From the NCBI GenBank assembly GCA_934162535.1, contig CAKPJC010000006.1:12148-76147 (forward strand): a DNA stretch of 64,000 bases. The letters are read 5' to 3'. Position 1 is the stretch's first letter. Every line of letters starts with the position of its first letter. Origin of the DNA: an uncultured Clostridia bacterium (GTDB lineage: Bacteria > Bacillota > Clostridia > TANB77 > CAG-508). This document shows, piece by piece, positions 63,800 through 64,000 of this stretch. The notes under the pieces are model-generated. The model was not told the DNA's origin. It made no database searches and saw only the letters and a program-made list of their open reading frames with translations. The position numbers and the translations under genes were made by a program.

Positions 63800-64000
63800 T
63801 TAATATGATAGTATGTTTTTTATATGATTAAATTGACATTTTCCATTTCTAATCATTACTTCTATTACATCAATATTTATCTCATAATTACTATATTTTC
63901 TATTTTTATATAAAAATATTTTTGCTGTATTGACTATATGATTTACTTTTGAGTAATTAACTGCATCTACTGGATTTCCATATTTAAAATTACTTCTTGT
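63800..64000 (-). CDS. YraN-family (UPF0102) endonuclease, C-terminal part; gene runs off the window end
   Basis: My own translation: ..TRSNFKYGNPVDAVNYSKVNHIVNTAKIFLYKNRKYSNYEINIDVIEVMIRNGKCQFNHIKNILSY*. This matches the G.P.EAV...K......A..YL.....RFDVI pattern. Confidence 0.55.
   Translation of the reverse strand, partial: TRSNFKYGNPVDAVNYSKVNHIVNTAKIFLYKNRKYSNYEINIDVIEVMIRNGKCQFNHIKNILSY

Overview
Very AT-rich, Clostridia-like Firmicutes chromosome segment, inferred from gene content (SpoVB-like flippase, YaaT/PSP1, SpoVE/FtsW, DivIVA, SepF) and standard genetic code. Almost everything is transcribed on the minus strand. The core backbone is rplM-rpsI, addA, clpC, a GH15 glucoamylase, a beta-CASP MBL nuclease, ftsK, rsmD, divIVA, sepF, miaA, mutL, a short secA, an HD protein, rhodanese, ferredoxin, yaaT, holB, lepB, a histidine kinase, murG-ftsW-mraY-murE, fmt, rsmA and a GH13 amylase. 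Four accessory segments interrupt this backbone. (1) 3.3-5.8 kb: a group II intron retains its 5' end (GTGCG...) and its 3' part (truncated RT/maturase, domains V/VI). Its interior has been replaced by a tyrosine-recombinase fragment plus a complete type III toxin-antitoxin module (ToxN/AbiQ toxin, about 36-nt RNA antitoxin repeats, own promoter and internal terminator). (2) 26.0-36.9 kb, wedged between miaA and mutL: an array of four full-length paralogues and two 5' stubs. The genes encode proteins with a pilin-like N-terminus and 27-aa leucine-rich-type repeats, with near-identical ends and variable centres. Interleaved with them are two divergent DUF1016/YhcG PD-(D/E)xK nuclease cassettes bracketed by GC-rich perfect palindromes, a decayed mobilisable element (mob stub, HTH protein, TnpV with in-frame TGA), a MITE-like element with TIRs and a 6-bp duplication, and a 138-nt three-hairpin repeat. 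(3) 42.0-45.8 kb: two tandem paralogues with the same pilin-like N-terminus, Listeria-Bacteroides-type repeats and a C-terminal Hint domain. They share both ends and differ in the centre. The secA-like gene, which lacks the usual N-terminal motif and the C-terminal zinc-finger tail, starts 27 nt after the stop of the downstream paralogue. (4) 53.6-54.0 kb: a single 99-codon gene of about 49% G+C (hand count) with a perfect sigma-A promoter and its own terminator. No tRNA, rRNA or CRISPR array was found. All homology calls come from reading motifs by eye, not from database searches.
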